A stretch of DNA of 64,000 bases from Felis catus (lineage: Eukaryota), in contig NC_058383.1 of assembly GCF_018350175.1 (NCBI RefSeq), positions 14,882,001 through 14,946,000 on the forward strand, given 5' to 3'. The notes beneath the pieces are model-generated. The model searched no databases and was not told the origin of the DNA. It saw nothing but the letters and a program-made list of their open reading frames with translations. Below are positions 25,352 through 38,689 of this stretch, one piece after another. Position 1 is the first letter of the stretch. The number at the start of each line of letters is the position of its first letter. The position numbers were made by a program, and so were the translations under genes.

Positions 25352-25759
25352 TGCCCCTGGGAATTTTTTAGATGAAAGGTAGCCCCACAAGGAATCTGCA
25401 TCCTGGGTAGACGGTGCCTCTCTAGCAGCTACACAATCAGTTACAAGCTGGAGGCCAAGGAATCATTACCCCCGGATGCGCTGGACTCACTCCTGCTCTC
25501 TGAGCTGACTCTCTTTCTGATAACACTGCGTGTCCCCCGTCTAATGAAACGAGGGTCTTTGCATGTGAGAGGGGTTTCTTCTCAGAGCATCCCCCGCCCC
25601 AGAAGAGCTGAAGCATTGAGTACATTGGATGGACACCGTGCACTGTCTAAAAATAACACTGTTAAGTCTTAGTAACATGGAAAAGGCGCGTTATTTATTG
25701 TCAAGTAGAAAACACATTTCTAACTATTATGTGTTGTGTGACCATCGTTTTCAATGACG

Positions 25760-26845
25760 AGATTATACTGGAAAGATCCAGGAACCAGCCCGAAAGGGGC
25801 CGATGGTAACATGAAAATAAACAACAACCGGAAGAGATAATGATCTGTTGAATAAAATGGGAATTGATGAGCCAATACCGATATCAATGAATGAATGGAT
25901 GCGGATAATAAGAGGCTCCTGCTTACCGCATCATACCAATAAATGCAGAAGGAACGCTGGGCGCTGAAAACCCATCATTTGGTAACTACCATTGTCACAA
26001 TTGATTCAGGCAAGAATCTCTAATGGCTACTACAACTAGGGAGTGAAAGTTTGATGAGGAAGAGGTATTTATAAATTTCAAAGTATTTATTTCCCCACTG
26101 CATACTTATTAATTATGAAGGGGAAAGAGTCCCTTTACGTTGAGAAGCCTGGCACACTGAAGGCAGCCATCAAAGTTAGCATCACGAGTCAGGGGGCAGA
26201 TCATCACCATGCGTCACCTGACCCAACGCCGTGAGGGGGGCACGTCGTCATCCCTCTGTCCTGTTTCTGTAAAACCTGCCAAGCTCAAATCTAAACCATA
26301 AGGGACAAACCCAACCTCAGGGACATGTTACAGAATGATTGGCCTATAACATCACAGATGTCCTCATAGTAAAAACAACAAAACAAAACACAAAACCCGA
26401 GGCACCTTTTGAAATGGGGGGGAGGGGAAGACATCACAGATAAATGCTAAATATGATCTTGGATTGGATGAATCTGCCAGACAGAGCAGTACCGGGAGAT
26501 CTGGGGAAATCTGATGAGTGGCCGTGGATTACACGGTGGTACTACCCATGACTAGTCTCCCGATTCTGATGATGATATCACGATCAGCCAGGAAACTGTC
26601 TTTGTGCAAAAGGGGCACAGAGTATTCAACGATGGTGGGACACCATTATCTGTTGCTTACTCTACAAAGGTTTTGAAAAAATAATCAGACACATTTGGGA
26701 GAGAGAAAGAAGGGGAAGGCACATAGAACCAAATGTCAACAATCAGAGACTATGGGCGAGGGATATTCGGGAGATCATTGCACTATTCTTGGGTCTTCCC
26801 TCTAGGAATAATTGAAATCATTGAAAATAAAATGGTAAAAACCAA
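25760..26845 (+). mobile_element. Ancient L1 3'UTR (L1MC/L1MD-like)
   Basis: aattgattcaggcaagaatc, gtgaaagtttgatgagga, cattgcactattctt. Confidence 0.65.
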
Positions 26846-27795
26846 AAAACTATGTGATGTCAATTTAATTACATCCACGTGGTCAAGTAGGACGCACAAG
26901 CAAAAATCCCATTTCTAAATGACGTGAGAAAACCTACTGTTTTAAATATCAGGGTAAAAATTATATAAGCAATATGATTTGCACTGTAAAAACACGTGCC
27001 TCGGGGAAGAAACACAGGAAGTAAATCCAACAAAATACAGAGATGAATTATCATCGAACGGTGACATTCCAGATGACTGCCAGCAGCTGGTGGTGGTCAA
27101 TACACTATTCTTTATTTACAACTGCATCCACCTGTCTGATTTTACAGGAACCGAATGTTATTTAAAAAAAAAAACAAAAACAAAACCAAAGCAATGAATG
27201 AACTGAAGACATTCCTAGAACTGCCCTCTCCCTTCCGGGGTCCATTTTTCTGAGACGCTCCGAAGTCTCAGAGCGCAAATCCAGGCCTCTGTTCTTATAC
27301 CGGATTCTTTTGAAAACTCTTTTTTTTCCCCCAGCTCGTGTTAGTCAATCCTCTGTGAGGAGCAAACCGGTCACAGACTCTGCCCTTAGAAGGGTTTACA
27401 AGATACGTATTTTAGCACAGGCTAAGAACTGAGTTAGCTAATCTTCAAAGAAGGCGCCTGCCATCCCATTCAACCCCATAAAAAGTAATTTGTTCGGGGG
27501 GAGAAAAGCCATTTCAACATGAAAATTGGTTCACGACGATACACCTGATAAAAACAGCACATACAGGAGGTGCTGGCAGACCCGTCTCCCCACCTCTGCC
27601 CCCCTCCCTCACTTATTAGCCTTCTCTCTGTGTGTCACTCGAATGGAAAATGAGGCGCTCTCAATGGGAAAATAAGTTGGGACACTTTTTTTTTCTTAAT
27701 TCTGGAGCAGTGAACCAGGACTATTCACACATTGTACGAAGAAGCAAAATAATAATAATAATAACAAAAACTGAAATTAAAAATAACAAACATTT

Positions 27796-28018
27796 GGGGC
27801 GCCTGGGTGGCTCAGTCGGTTAAGCGTCCGACTTCAGCTCAGGTCACGATCTCGCGGTCCGGGAGTTCAAGCCCCGCGTCCGGCTCTGGGCTGATGGCTC
27901 AGAGCCTGGAGCCTGCTTCCGATTCTGTGTCTCCTTCTCTCTCTGCCCCTCCCCCATTCATGCTCTGTCTCTCTCTGTCCCAAAAATAAAGGTTAAAAAA
28001 ATTTTTTTTTAAATAAAA
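27796..28018 (+). mobile_element. Can-SINE (young SINEC_Fc)
   Basis: TSD aaataacaaacattt on both sides. Confidence 0.95.
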
Positions 28019-28187
28019 AAATAACAAACATTTACTCCTTCTGCTCTTTCTACCTGAACTTTTTCCAGAGGATTCTCATCGTATCTAGCTCAACCTCAAA
28101 AATTCACCCCGGACCCGTCCCCTGCTTGGTGACTGGACCACCCCCACCCCCAGCATTCAGAGCTGTGGGTTTAAAACAGCACATCTT

Positions 28188-28405
28188 GGGGCGCCTGGGT
28201 GGCGCAGTCGGTTAAGCGTCCGACTTCAGCCAGGTCATGATCTCGCGGTCCGTGAGTTCAAGCCCTGCGTCGGGCTCTGGGCTGATGGCTCGGAACCTGG
28301 AGCCTGTTTCCGATTCTGTGTCTGTCTCTCTCTCTGCCCCTTCCCCGTTCATGCTCTGTCTCTCTCTGTCCCAAAAATAAATAAAAAAACGTTGAAAAAA
28401 AAATT
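28188..28405 (+). mobile_element. Can-SINE (young SINEC_Fc)
   Basis: TSD aaaacagcacatct at 28173-28186 and 28406-28419. Confidence 0.95.
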
Positions 28406-28420
28406 AAAACAGCACATCTA

Positions 28421-28619
28421 GGGGCACCCGGGTGGCTCGGTCAGTTTAGCGTGTTACTCTTGATTTCGACTCAGGTCGCGATCCCACGGTTCGTGAGTTC
28501 AAACTCCACGTTGGGCTCCATGCTGATAGCATGGACCCCGCTTGGGATTCTCTCTCGTCCTCTCTTTCTCTCTGCCCCTCTGCCCCCCTCAGGATAAAGA
28601 AATAAACCTAAAACAAAAC
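28421..28619 (+). mobile_element. Can-SINE (older, Fc2-like)
   Basis: Head ggggcacccgggtggctc; followed by a third copy aacagcacatct. Confidence 0.92.
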
Positions 28620-30694
28620 AACAGCACATCTAATTACAGATCACTTCAGCATCAAAGTCCTCCTTGGCTCCTACCCACTCACTAAGTGGGCATTTATGGG
28701 GCTGGTATTTAAGGCTGGGCTGGAGCCCACTGTGATGGGGCAAGGTCAGACCCCCTCTTCCAATGGGCCAGGCTCTTCCCAAACTGGGCCACACGGTCCT
28801 CAAACCTCTTGACACCCCCTCCTCCCCTCCAAGCTACACACTGGACACCAGCTCTTTTCTCAATTAAGAGCAGACCGTCTCTTCGAAGTCAACGGGCTAT
28901 TCTGCTACTCAGAATACCCTCTTCCCTATTTCTTTTTTTTTAAGATGTACAGCCAAAGCCAGGTTGCTTACTAAGCTCTTCTTGGGAAGGAAGAGAGGAA
29001 GTCACTCTCTCCTCTGGAATCAGTGGGCAAGAGCGGCCATGAAGGTGTGCTCAGAAGCGCCCAGGCCAAAGCCCCCCTTGACCTCTGGACCTCCTGTCCG
29101 AACTGCCCAAATGCTTCTGGCACAGGAACCAATACTGGGAGGTCCCTCAGAGGAAATCTTGGGGAGGACCTTTCCCCCTCCCCATTTGTTAAAGGAGGGG
29201 GGACAAAGGAAGAAGGCCCTTTTGGGGGCTGACACCCCAGCCCCGGAGGCAGGATGTGGTCAGTCTGGGGCTGAGGCCATCTAATGCCAGCCACCTGCCA
29301 GATGGTCCTTCAGTCCACGACACGTCCCAGTGAAATACTGTCTCTAATAACCAAATAACTGCTCCTGTAACTACTGGCCCACCACCCGTCTCCCCCACGG
29401 GTGAGATCCTCCTCGATCAACGTCTGCTGAATGCACCCAGGCAGCCCTGGTAAGATTTAAGATGTGTGGGCACAAATGGTGGGGTGGCCTGAGCAAGGCC
29501 CCAGAGACAGCATGGGGTATACTGGGCGGCAGCCTGTTGGGGCTCATCAACTTACAGGACAGCTGTGGCTGTCCCTGTGGCTTCGCCCCTCTACACACAC
29601 AGCCCAGAGTGCCCCAGGGCTGTGCGTGGCTGCCCGTCCCAGGCACTGGAGCCTTGCCCTGTGGCCCTACAACAGCTGGTCTCCAGCTCAGGACACAGGC
29701 AGCATCCTTCCGAATCTCCTTACATGGAAGGGGAAAGGATCCCCACCTCGCAAGATGAAGCATGGCGGACTCCGACTATAGCAGCCTCAAGGCCGAGCCC
29801 GACCTGCTGCTATGTTGGTTGACTGACCCAAGGCCGCGGTCACTGGCCCCAGATTCCCTGCCTCCTGGGAAGGATGACAACAACCATCCAATGACAAAGC
29901 CAACTTCCTCGTGTCTGCCTTCCTCTTACAGACCCCTTGGCAGGTGAGGGAGCAGGAGGTGGGGGGGGAGGCCCAGCGTGAAAGCTTCCTCCAGCCCCCA
30001 GGCACTGCAAAAGGATTAGAAGGACAGACAGGACAGATGGAAGCTGCCTTCTGTTGAGTAGATGACCTTCCCAAATCTGTTGCATGTGCATCATGGAGCC
30101 CAAGCTCCGATTAGGTTGAAAAGGCCCACGTTATTTGAATAATTAAGGGAACTGAGTTACTGAACACTTTCTCTGCTGGAGGAACTGATCTAGTTTCTGG
30201 GATAGAGGACTGAAGAAGCCAGCTAAGGTCCTTGTCCTCATAAAACTTACGTTCCGGTGGGTTAAGAGAGATGACTCATGACGGAGCAAGAAGGAAATTT
30301 CAGACAGTGGCAAGGGCTGGTGAAAAAAAAAATCATAATAAAACATGCGGTGGGCAGAGATGACCGGGAGAACAAGGGGTTCTCCCTGCAGACAAAGCAT
30401 TGTGCTGAGAGGGACAGAAAAAGGAGCTGGCCAGGCAGAAACCTAGTGGGAAAGCAACCTAGGTGGGGAGCAGCCAACACAAAGATCCTGAGAGGGTGAG
30501 CCTGACATTGAAGAAACAGACCCAACGTATGCGAACTGGAGAACCATGGGCAGGGCTGGGAGTGGCTGCATTCGGGCGAATGCTCTTGGGCAACTTACTT
30601 CCTTCTCAGTTTCTTAGTTTGTAAAACGAGAATAATACCCACATTGACCTTGTAGGTTGTCAGACCTCAAGGATATAGGACATGTAAAACATAG

Positions 30695-30792
30695 AGGTGC
30701 CTGGCTGGCTCGGTCAGTAGAGCACGTGACTCTTGATATCAATGAGGTGGTGAGTTCAAGCCCCACATTGGGCGTAGATATGATTTTAAAAA
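30695..30792 (+). mobile_element. Short old carnivore SINE (tRNA-derived, no CT tract) inside a MIR
   Basis: gtgcctggctggctcggtcagtagagcacgtgactcttgat and gagttcaagccccacattgggc. Confidence 0.75.
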
Positions 30793-31043
30793 TATATATA
30801 TATAGCATCTATGTCAGGCACACAGTAGATACTCAAGAAAGATTAGTTGTGATGATGATGACGATGGTGACGACGATGATGATGTCGTCGTCACGGGCCT
30901 GCACTTTGAGGTAATTCCCAATAATGGAAACACCAGGCGCCACCCATTGACTAGACCCTGCTGCCACCCGTGAGCACGCTGCCTTCCGGTCCTTGGCATC
31001 TTCCTCGTTGGGACTCACAAGCTCGTCACTACCTGCAAGGCCC

Positions 31044-31488
31044 TGTATTGTTCTGCTGGGGGTGCGGTGACAAAGCACCACAGATTTGGTGGTTTCAGCA
31101 ACAGCATTTTACCGTCTCACAGTCCTGGAGGCTGGAAGTGTGAGATCGAGGTGTCGGTAGCGTTGATTCCATCTTGATCCTTGAGGGAGAATCTGTCCCC
31201 TGCCTCTCCTCCAGCTTACCGGGGGAGTCCTGGTAATCTTTGGTGTTCCTTGGCTTGTAGATATCTGTCTGCACCTTCACATGGTGTTCTTCTGTGTATC
31301 TTTGTCCAAATTTCCCCATTGCAAGAGGACACCAGTCATATTGGATTGGAGTCCACCCTAAACACCTCATGTTAAGTTGATCACCTCTTTTACGACCCTA
31401 TCTTCAAATGAGGTCACATTCTGTGGTACTGGGGGGGTGGGGAGGACACCAACATATCTTTGGGTGGGGAACCAATCTGACCCGTAAC
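31044..31488 (-). mobile_element. MaLR LTR (MLT1C-like)
   Basis: ctcacagtcctggaggctggaagt, ggacaccagtcatattggatt, aggtcacattctg. Confidence 0.85.
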
Positions 31489-33105
31489 AGACCCACACCT
31501 CACAGCTGGGATTCTGCCATCGGCGTGGCCTCACGTTTGCGGGTCCCTTGACCAGTGCTCTCCCCACTTCTACATTCCCAGACACGTGTTTCAGACCAGC
31601 CAGAGAACATCCTGAGCGTGAGTGGAGGTCCGCCCGAACACCTGGGCCCATGTTCCTGCCCAGTAGAGACACTTTCCTTCTAAACCCAAAGGTGTGAGGG
31701 AGAGTCACCAGGCTCACTGCCTCCCCTCTGAAAAGCCCAGCATTCCCCATGCGGAGAAACACGATACTCTGTTTATGCCCGAGGGAGACACCGTCCTAAC
31801 CGCCACCCGTGTCTGTGGGTGTCCGGTTTCCTGTGGGAGCCCCATTGAGACACTGTCGTTATGAAGCTGGACCTTTCATGGCCCAAGAGGGTAACCAATA
31901 GAAGACAACCTTCCAAGGGCCCTTCAGTCCATCCAATGCCCCACCAGCTTCCAGTGGCTAAGGACAGGTTTGGCACAACCTACCTCTCTTGGGCCACGGA
32001 CAAGTGCCCCTAGGCTGTGCATAACCGGACTCGGGTTTTTCCAAGCTGCAGAAGGTGATCTGAGGTCGCCCCGTGCAAGAGAGGTATAGAAAGAATAAAC
32101 AACTCCAAATAAGGCACGGTTTGTCCCCAGACTGTCCCCGGCCACTTGGACAAATAAACTCAAATGCACAGCTGTTTCCTCAGTGCCTGAAGCGGCATCC
32201 CTTCCGGGCTGAGTAGAGCAGGATTAAAAACTCCGTGCTTACACCGGGTGCCGCAGGCTAGCCAAACAGAGCCCCTTTCCTTATAAATCAGTCTGAAATG
32301 GTGAATGTTAAGGCTGACACTTTCAGCTGGCAGGTCCAAATTGTGTTCCAAGAAGTATATTTAAGGACCTGCCTCTAACACCTCTGGGCTGCAGTGGTCC
32401 CACATGCCAACGTGACATCACTGTAGGTCCGTCACACCTGTGTGGGCTCCTCCAACGGGAAATCTGGTCACTGTGCTGACAGAAGTCCCGTCTGCCGTCT
32501 GTCCTTCCGGAACCTCTGAGGTGGGGGTGAGGGGGGGCTGGATCTTGTTCAGGAATTGTCCGTGCCTGCTGCCGGTGCTGGGTTTCCAGAAAGTTGTCCG
32601 ACGAGAGGCTCACTCGCAGGACGGAGGTCGCCGCAGTTTCCTGGGCCTGTGGCTCCCATCGCGGGATATCAACTCGGAAGATTCTGCGGCCTCAGAGCAC
32701 TTTTGCCTCATGTCAGTCTGGAGCTGGCCCTGGCTAACCCAGGCTTGGTGTCCGGAAACCACATTCAAGGTGCCTGGCTCTCCTGAGATGAGGCTTTCAT
32801 GTCTCCGAGGTAGCCTTGAACCAGGAACCACTAACAGTTCACATCCCAGCACAGGGGAGTGAACTTTGGCCAGAAGTAACTTTCTTGCAAATTAGGCACT
32901 AGCTTGGGGTCCCATGAGGAAGTGGCCCTGGAATGGTGTCAAGGCGGGCTTTCAACAGTACAGCATCAGACTGGATCAGAAAAGACTGGGGTTAGGAACA
33001 TATAAAATGGTTTTAACTCCTAGAAAGATGAAGTCATAGCTAGGAACCAGACAGACTGCTTCCTTTACTAAGGAGGGCAGTGAGGGAGGGGAAAAGGGGG
33101 AGAGG

Positions 33106-33106
<1 letters not shown>

Positions 33107-33146
<40 letters not shown>
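33107..33146. repeat. (GA)n microsatellite
   Basis: Seen directly. Confidence 0.95.
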
Positions 33147-33151
<5 letters not shown>

Positions 33152-33389
33152 CTACCAGATCACTGCCACCCTGCCAAACGAGCTCAGTAAAAACTCCTCA
33201 AATACCCCAATTTAGTCTGTGAAGCCCTGAACGACAGAAGCACAAGGTAAGCTCACCCGGGGATCAGTTTAGGGACCGCATGACGCTGGCTCCCAGACCA
33301 CACACTGTTCTTATCTGCGAAGAGCACAGAGCTCCTGGGATGAAAATGGGCCGCGGGAGGGACCTTTGCCCCTTCTGCACAGATGGGAC

Positions 33390-33770
33390 TGTGTTACGGG
33401 CTGAACGGCACTCTCCCTGCCAAATGCATGTTGAAACCCTAACCCCCAACATGGCTGGGTGTGGAGACAGCCTTCAAGGGGGTAATGACGGCTAAACGAG
33501 GTCACGTGGTGGGGCCCTCATCTGGTAGGACTGGCGTCCTTACAAGAGGAAGAGACCCCAGTGCCTCACGTGCACACGTAGACAGAAGGCCATGTGAGGA
33601 CGCGGCGAGAAGGCGGCCACCTGTAAGCTATCTGTAAGCTCGCACCAGAATTTTACCCCACTGGCACCTTGATCGTGGGCTTCCAGCCTCCAGAACCGTG
33701 AGAAAATTCGTTTCTGTTGGTTAGGCCGCCCAGTCTGTGGTCCTGTGTCACAGCGGCCCGCGCTATTGCA
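33390..33770 (+). mobile_element. MaLR LTR (MLT1B-like)
   Basis: atgttgaaaccctaacccccaac, ggccatgtgaggac, ttccagcctccagaaccgtgagaaaat. Confidence 0.85.
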
Positions 33771-33861
33771 GCCTCACCTGGGGTTCAGTCGTGACCACTC
33801 CCATGTGACCAGCGTAAGCCTTTTGTACAAGGAACAGCTGCGACCAAGGTAGGGGCCATAC

Positions 33862-34283
33862 TTTGGTTTTCCCACTTCTGCTGTCACAAGTTACGATAAA
33901 CCTCGTGGCTTAAAGCAACAAGGATTTATTCTCTTGTAGTTTCTGGAGCCCAGGAGTCTGAAACAGGTTTCATGGGGCTAAAATCATGGTGTTGGCAGGG
34001 ATGGGTCCTTCTGGAGGCTCCAGGGGAGAATCCTTGACTTTTCTACCTTCTAGAGGCTACTTAAGGCCCTTTCCTCCACCTTCAAGGCCTGTGTGGCTGT
34101 GTGAAATCTTCTGAGCAAATGCCTCCCTCTTATAAGGGCCCTGAGATTACACCGGGCCCATGCAGGTAATCCAGAAGAATCTCTTAACCACATCTGCAAA
34201 GTATAAGGTAACATATTCACCATTTCCAGGGTTAGGAGGTGAACATGTTGTGGGGGGGAGGGGGAGTTATTCAGCCTACTACA
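33862..34283 (-). mobile_element. MaLR LTR (MLT1-like)
   Basis: ggcttaaagcaaca, ttctggaggctccaggggagaatcc, taaggtaacatattcac. Confidence 0.82.
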
Positions 34284-35269
34284 GGCAATAGCTGATCTAC
34301 AAGCACTTTCTAGGATTCTCCAGGAGAGGCTGAGGTCCAGGAGAGCAGAGTCCTGTGAAGTCATCAGAGGCCCGCAATGGGCCTCTGTGTTCATGTGCAG
34401 GACACGGCCTGGGTTTCCCAGGCAGTGGCAGACCACATCTCGGGGAAACAAGAGCCGGGCACCGTAGGCCAACTAGAGTGGGTCGAACAGGTCCAGCTGC
34501 TCAGAGGGGACCCCTGTGCGCAGGACCCTGGGAAGAGCCCTATGTCCTCAGGCCACACTGTAGGAGGCACCCTTCAGCAGCATCATGGGCAGTTGGGCCC
34601 ACGGCACCAGGACCCGGGCCACAAAGCTTGGCTAACGCCCCACACTGATAACCCGGGAGCTGCCGACTCTTTAACTGGAGGCCAGCGGAAGAGGCCCAGC
34701 TGGTTTCCTACTTACCTTCCTCCTGGGTTTGGGGCGGCCAGGTACCCCGACACATCGAGATATGCCACCCCCATACAGATACAGGCGCCCTACCCAAGCA
34801 GAATGTTCTCTCTGTGGCATGACTGCCTCACTCGGAGGGACAGACCATCCGTGGTGGGAGTCCCCCGGGTGGCAGGGATTCAAAACCCACCAATTCCAAC
34901 ATGCCTCGGGATGCTAAAGTGAAGCATCACAACCCGACCGGCATATACTGGCCCTGTCCCGGACACCCAGGGCCTCCGAGATGCCAAGGCATAGACTTTT
35001 AAATCACAAGCATTTGATGAAGCCCTAAGTCTGTATAAAGGGCTGGGCAGGGCCTTGCGAGAACACCAGGATTACCAAGAGACAGCTAACCACAGAGAGG
35101 GGTGATTGTCCTGGGCGAGAGGGATATTTACAAAATGCTGGTGGAAAGTATAAAATCATGTACTGGCTTGTTAACAAACATGGGCAGAATGAAAAAACAA
35201 ATGATCTGAGCCCACTGTGTCCCCGTGGGAGAGCTTGACTGATGACAAGGGAATGAGTGCTGTTAGCTG

Positions 35270-36520
35270 ATTCATTCATTCATTCGTTCATTCACCCATT
35301 CTGCAAACATTTGTCGAGTGCTTGGTGTGCCAAATACTCAACCAAGATATACAAAGATCAGGCATGGCTCTGGTCCTCAAGAAACTCCTGATCTAGGAAG
35401 ACAAACAAGTACATTAAACAAAAACAAACACAAAAACAAAACAGCAGTCAATACGTGTAAGAATGTAGCAGATAGCCAGGAAGGGGAGCGATTGGCTTTG
35501 CAAGTGTCTAAATTTTCAGTTTTTCAATCAACTAGTCATTCAACGAATATTTCTTGAGGGCCAACCACATGCCAAGCTCTCTGCTAAGCACCAGGAATCC
35601 AGTGGGAACAGACCAACACAATCACTGACCACGTGGAAGTTAGGTTCCAGTCTATGAAATGCCCACAACCAGCACGTCCATGGCGACAGAAAGGAGAAGA
35701 GAAGTTGCCCCAAGCCAAGGGGCTTGGAAGGGATTGAGGAGTGGCTGCTAATGGCTATTTGGGGGAGGAATGGAATGCGATGGGAATACTCTAAAATTGA
35801 CTTTGGGTAGTGGTCGCACAACTCTGTGAATATATCAGAAACAAATTGTACGCTCTAAATCGATCTATGTATGGAATATGTATTTTATCTCAGTAACACT
35901 GATTCTTAAAAACCATGGTGGTAGAGAAACACAATCAAGCAGTCCCAATAGCATGTGACAGCTTCTGAGATGAAGAAGTCCAGGGCACTCTGGGAAGTTC
36001 TCAGGGGCTTCCAGCAACATCTCTTGAGAGAAACTTCTGGAAGGTTTCCCAGAACGGGTGACGTTTAAACTGAAATTCACTTCTCGAGAAGGACTTAGAC
36101 AAAGTGAGAAGCCAAAGAGGTTCTAGGCAGTTGGAGGAAAGCATGCGGAGAGAAGAAAACACAAGGTGTATTTGAAAAGCTGAAGAAAGTTCTGGAAAGC
36201 TGGAGAAGAGTGGAGGAGTGGGGGAAAGCAGGGAGAGGTGGAAACGTACGCACAGACCTTTTTGTGAAAGACGTGACAATTTCCAGAAGATGTGACTTCA
36301 GCTGAGAGGCAAAGGGCAACCATTTGAAGGCTTTAAGGGGGATTGACAGAATCAGATGTGTATTCCATTCATTCAGCCAGCCAACAATACCTAAATATCA
36401 CATCAGTATCTTTGATGTGTGAGGCCACATTCCAGGGGGCAAAGCCATGAACAGAACAGACAAGATTTCTTCCCTCGTGCAGCTTCCATAATTACGAGCA
36501 GTAGTGACAAAAAACAAGCA
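35270..36520. mobile_element. Cluster of L2 fragments with an L1MB-like 3' fragment (about 35650-35910, + strand)
   Basis: Repeated cattcattca ... aaatattt L2 tails; L1 motif tcgcacaactctgtgaatatat. Confidence 0.6.
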
Positions 36521-38689
36521 GATGAGCAAACTACACACTTTGGAAAGACTCTTCCGGCAGCAGGAGTTCGGGGAGAAAGGCTTGATGGGAAAGACTAGAA
36601 AGTCCAGGCGGGAGATGAGTGTGTCTGCAGCAGGTCCTAGGGAATGCCTCCCCCAAATAACAGCCCCATTCCAACCTTTCTTCTGACCAGCAGAAACTAC
36701 CTTCCACCACCGAACATGCCAGAAACTTGCTTTTCCAGCCTTCTTCAGTTAGAGCATGGACAGTGACCCAATCGCGACCCTTGGGAGTAAGGCTGCAGAG
36801 GGACATCTTAGGAAGATGCTCCTCATTCACAGAAAGTGACACAAGCAAGACAGGTCCCTCTTATCTGACGTGGCTGTGCTTGCGAGCGACGCCAAGAACT
36901 GTCACAGCCATCTTAACCCCACGGGGGCCACATCACTGTCACATTAAGGGTAGTGGAGTGGGAAATTTAAAAGCACCTGAGTCTTGGTGACATTTTGAAC
37001 GCACTGAATTAGCCCCGGAACGGTCCTAGCTCGTACTTCTTACCATGTAAGAAACAAACAAAGAGCCTCTTCTGGATTAAGCTGCTTTCTTAAGTTGGGT
37101 ATTCTATTTGCACCCAAAAACACCACCAGGGACTTGAGGTGCAATGCAGGCTGCTGGCAGTGGAGATTTACAGGAAGGAGGCACAGAAAAATATTTAGGA
37201 GGAAGGAGAGACAGGGCTTGGTGATTAATTGTCACTGCAGGTGAGAGAAACAGATGTTCCTGAAGATTTCAACAGCTTGACAGGTAGACTGTCATTCCCC
37301 GGGCCAGGGAACACAGGAAGAGGAGATGCGGATAATTTGGAGGTTCCTTTGAGATGTCCGATGAAAGACGGACAAGAAGGAACACAAAGGCACAGGCTGG
37401 GCTGGGCAACCAACCCAAACAAGTCCAACTGGCATTTCCTCACCCTGTCAGTCTGCGCTAGAAATTACACAAGGACGACACAGCAGATCAGTAGAATGTG
37501 GTTCTTCCACTGAAGTGTTAGCTAGAGATGAGCCACCCTAAAATTATCAGCTCCCCTCTGCGCTCTCATGAAGGACACAGGCAAGAGGGGACATCGGTCC
37601 AGATCTTCAACGTTAAAGAATACTTTCTTTTTATGCAATGCTATCGCTAGCCTCTGCTGCTTAGTGGTGACTCAATATGGACATCGTTGATCCGTCCCAA
37701 CCCTGATAAATAATTCATGGATCCAAAGCACCGTGATAGCAAGGGGATATTTCTCACTTCCCTACCGCCTGAGATTCTGAGAGGCGGGGCGGGGGCATGA
37801 CGCAGACAAAGGAAGCCGTGTCACTGTGGGGGCATCGCCACGGCTACACTGTCTCCACATTCATTCCCACACCCTCCTTCCATACCCATTCACCACAGAG
37901 CCACAAGAAGCAGGACGTTCGCCTTCCCGGCCTCCTTTCCAAGTAGGGGGAACCACGGAACCCAGTCATGGACAAGGCAACTGAAGCAGAAACTCGCAAG
38001 GAGCTTCTGGGACAGCTTTTGCTTTGCTGATGAAAAGGACAGGCAAGTGGTCACTCTGCATCTCCCTCCTCCCTGCTCTCCTCAGTGGGGTCACCACGCC
38101 TGGAGATTCAACAGCTCCTACTGAGACGGCGAAGAGACCAGCAGAAAGACAAAGAGAAAAGAAAGGATGACGTAAAGGGGTGGTGGAGATGGAAGGAGAA
38201 GAGGCCTGCGTGGTGTCGTGGATTCTTGGAACCCAAGTTGGTGACTTCTGCCTCCAGACTTCCCATGTAAGAAAAAATGCATCCTATTTGTTTAAGGCAC
38301 TGGTTTTTGGTTACTTACGGCTAAACTGACAGCTAGCTTCAAGTGTCTAGAATCTGAGACTTGAAAGACTGGCTGCAGGTAACAGACTCTAAAATGTGGA
38401 ACTGGCAGAAGGAAGAGGTAGTCTGCCAGGCAGAGTAGAATTAATTACTCTGGGTTAAAAAGGCAGTGATTCTTGTAATGTGGCGGAGACAAGTCTAGAA
38501 GTTGACATTGTTTTGATGCTATTATCGGGGGAGGCAGGCTTAGCTCCAAGATCTGTCTGTATGTATATACACAGAAGTACGGTATATGTTATAGGTACCA
38601 TAGATCGTATATGACATGTATTATATGGTACATATTATATATAACATATAGCACAAGGTATCAGGTAGTATTGTAATATATATACACCG

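Noticed and set aside
27807..27989. Recurrent MAQSVKRPTSAQV... ORFs (also at 7893, 25158, 47641, 58528, 60747, 61301)
   Set aside because: These are Can-SINE consensus translations, not a gene family.
30695..30792. tRNA gene
   Set aside because: The tRNA-like head continues into a SINE-type 3' end and A-rich tail, with no intact cloverleaf.
34716..34913. Possible 198-nt cassette exon (cactttAG acceptor, AAG|GTAAGT donor on the minus strand)
   Set aside because: It has an in-frame TGA in the CALN1 phase, a modest pyrimidine tract and no homology; such site pairs are expected by chance in 62 kb.
34377..34922. 181-aa ORF, and similarly the 168-aa ORF at 23038-23544
   Set aside because: No recognisable domain; these are chance ORFs in GC-rich or L2-derived sequence.
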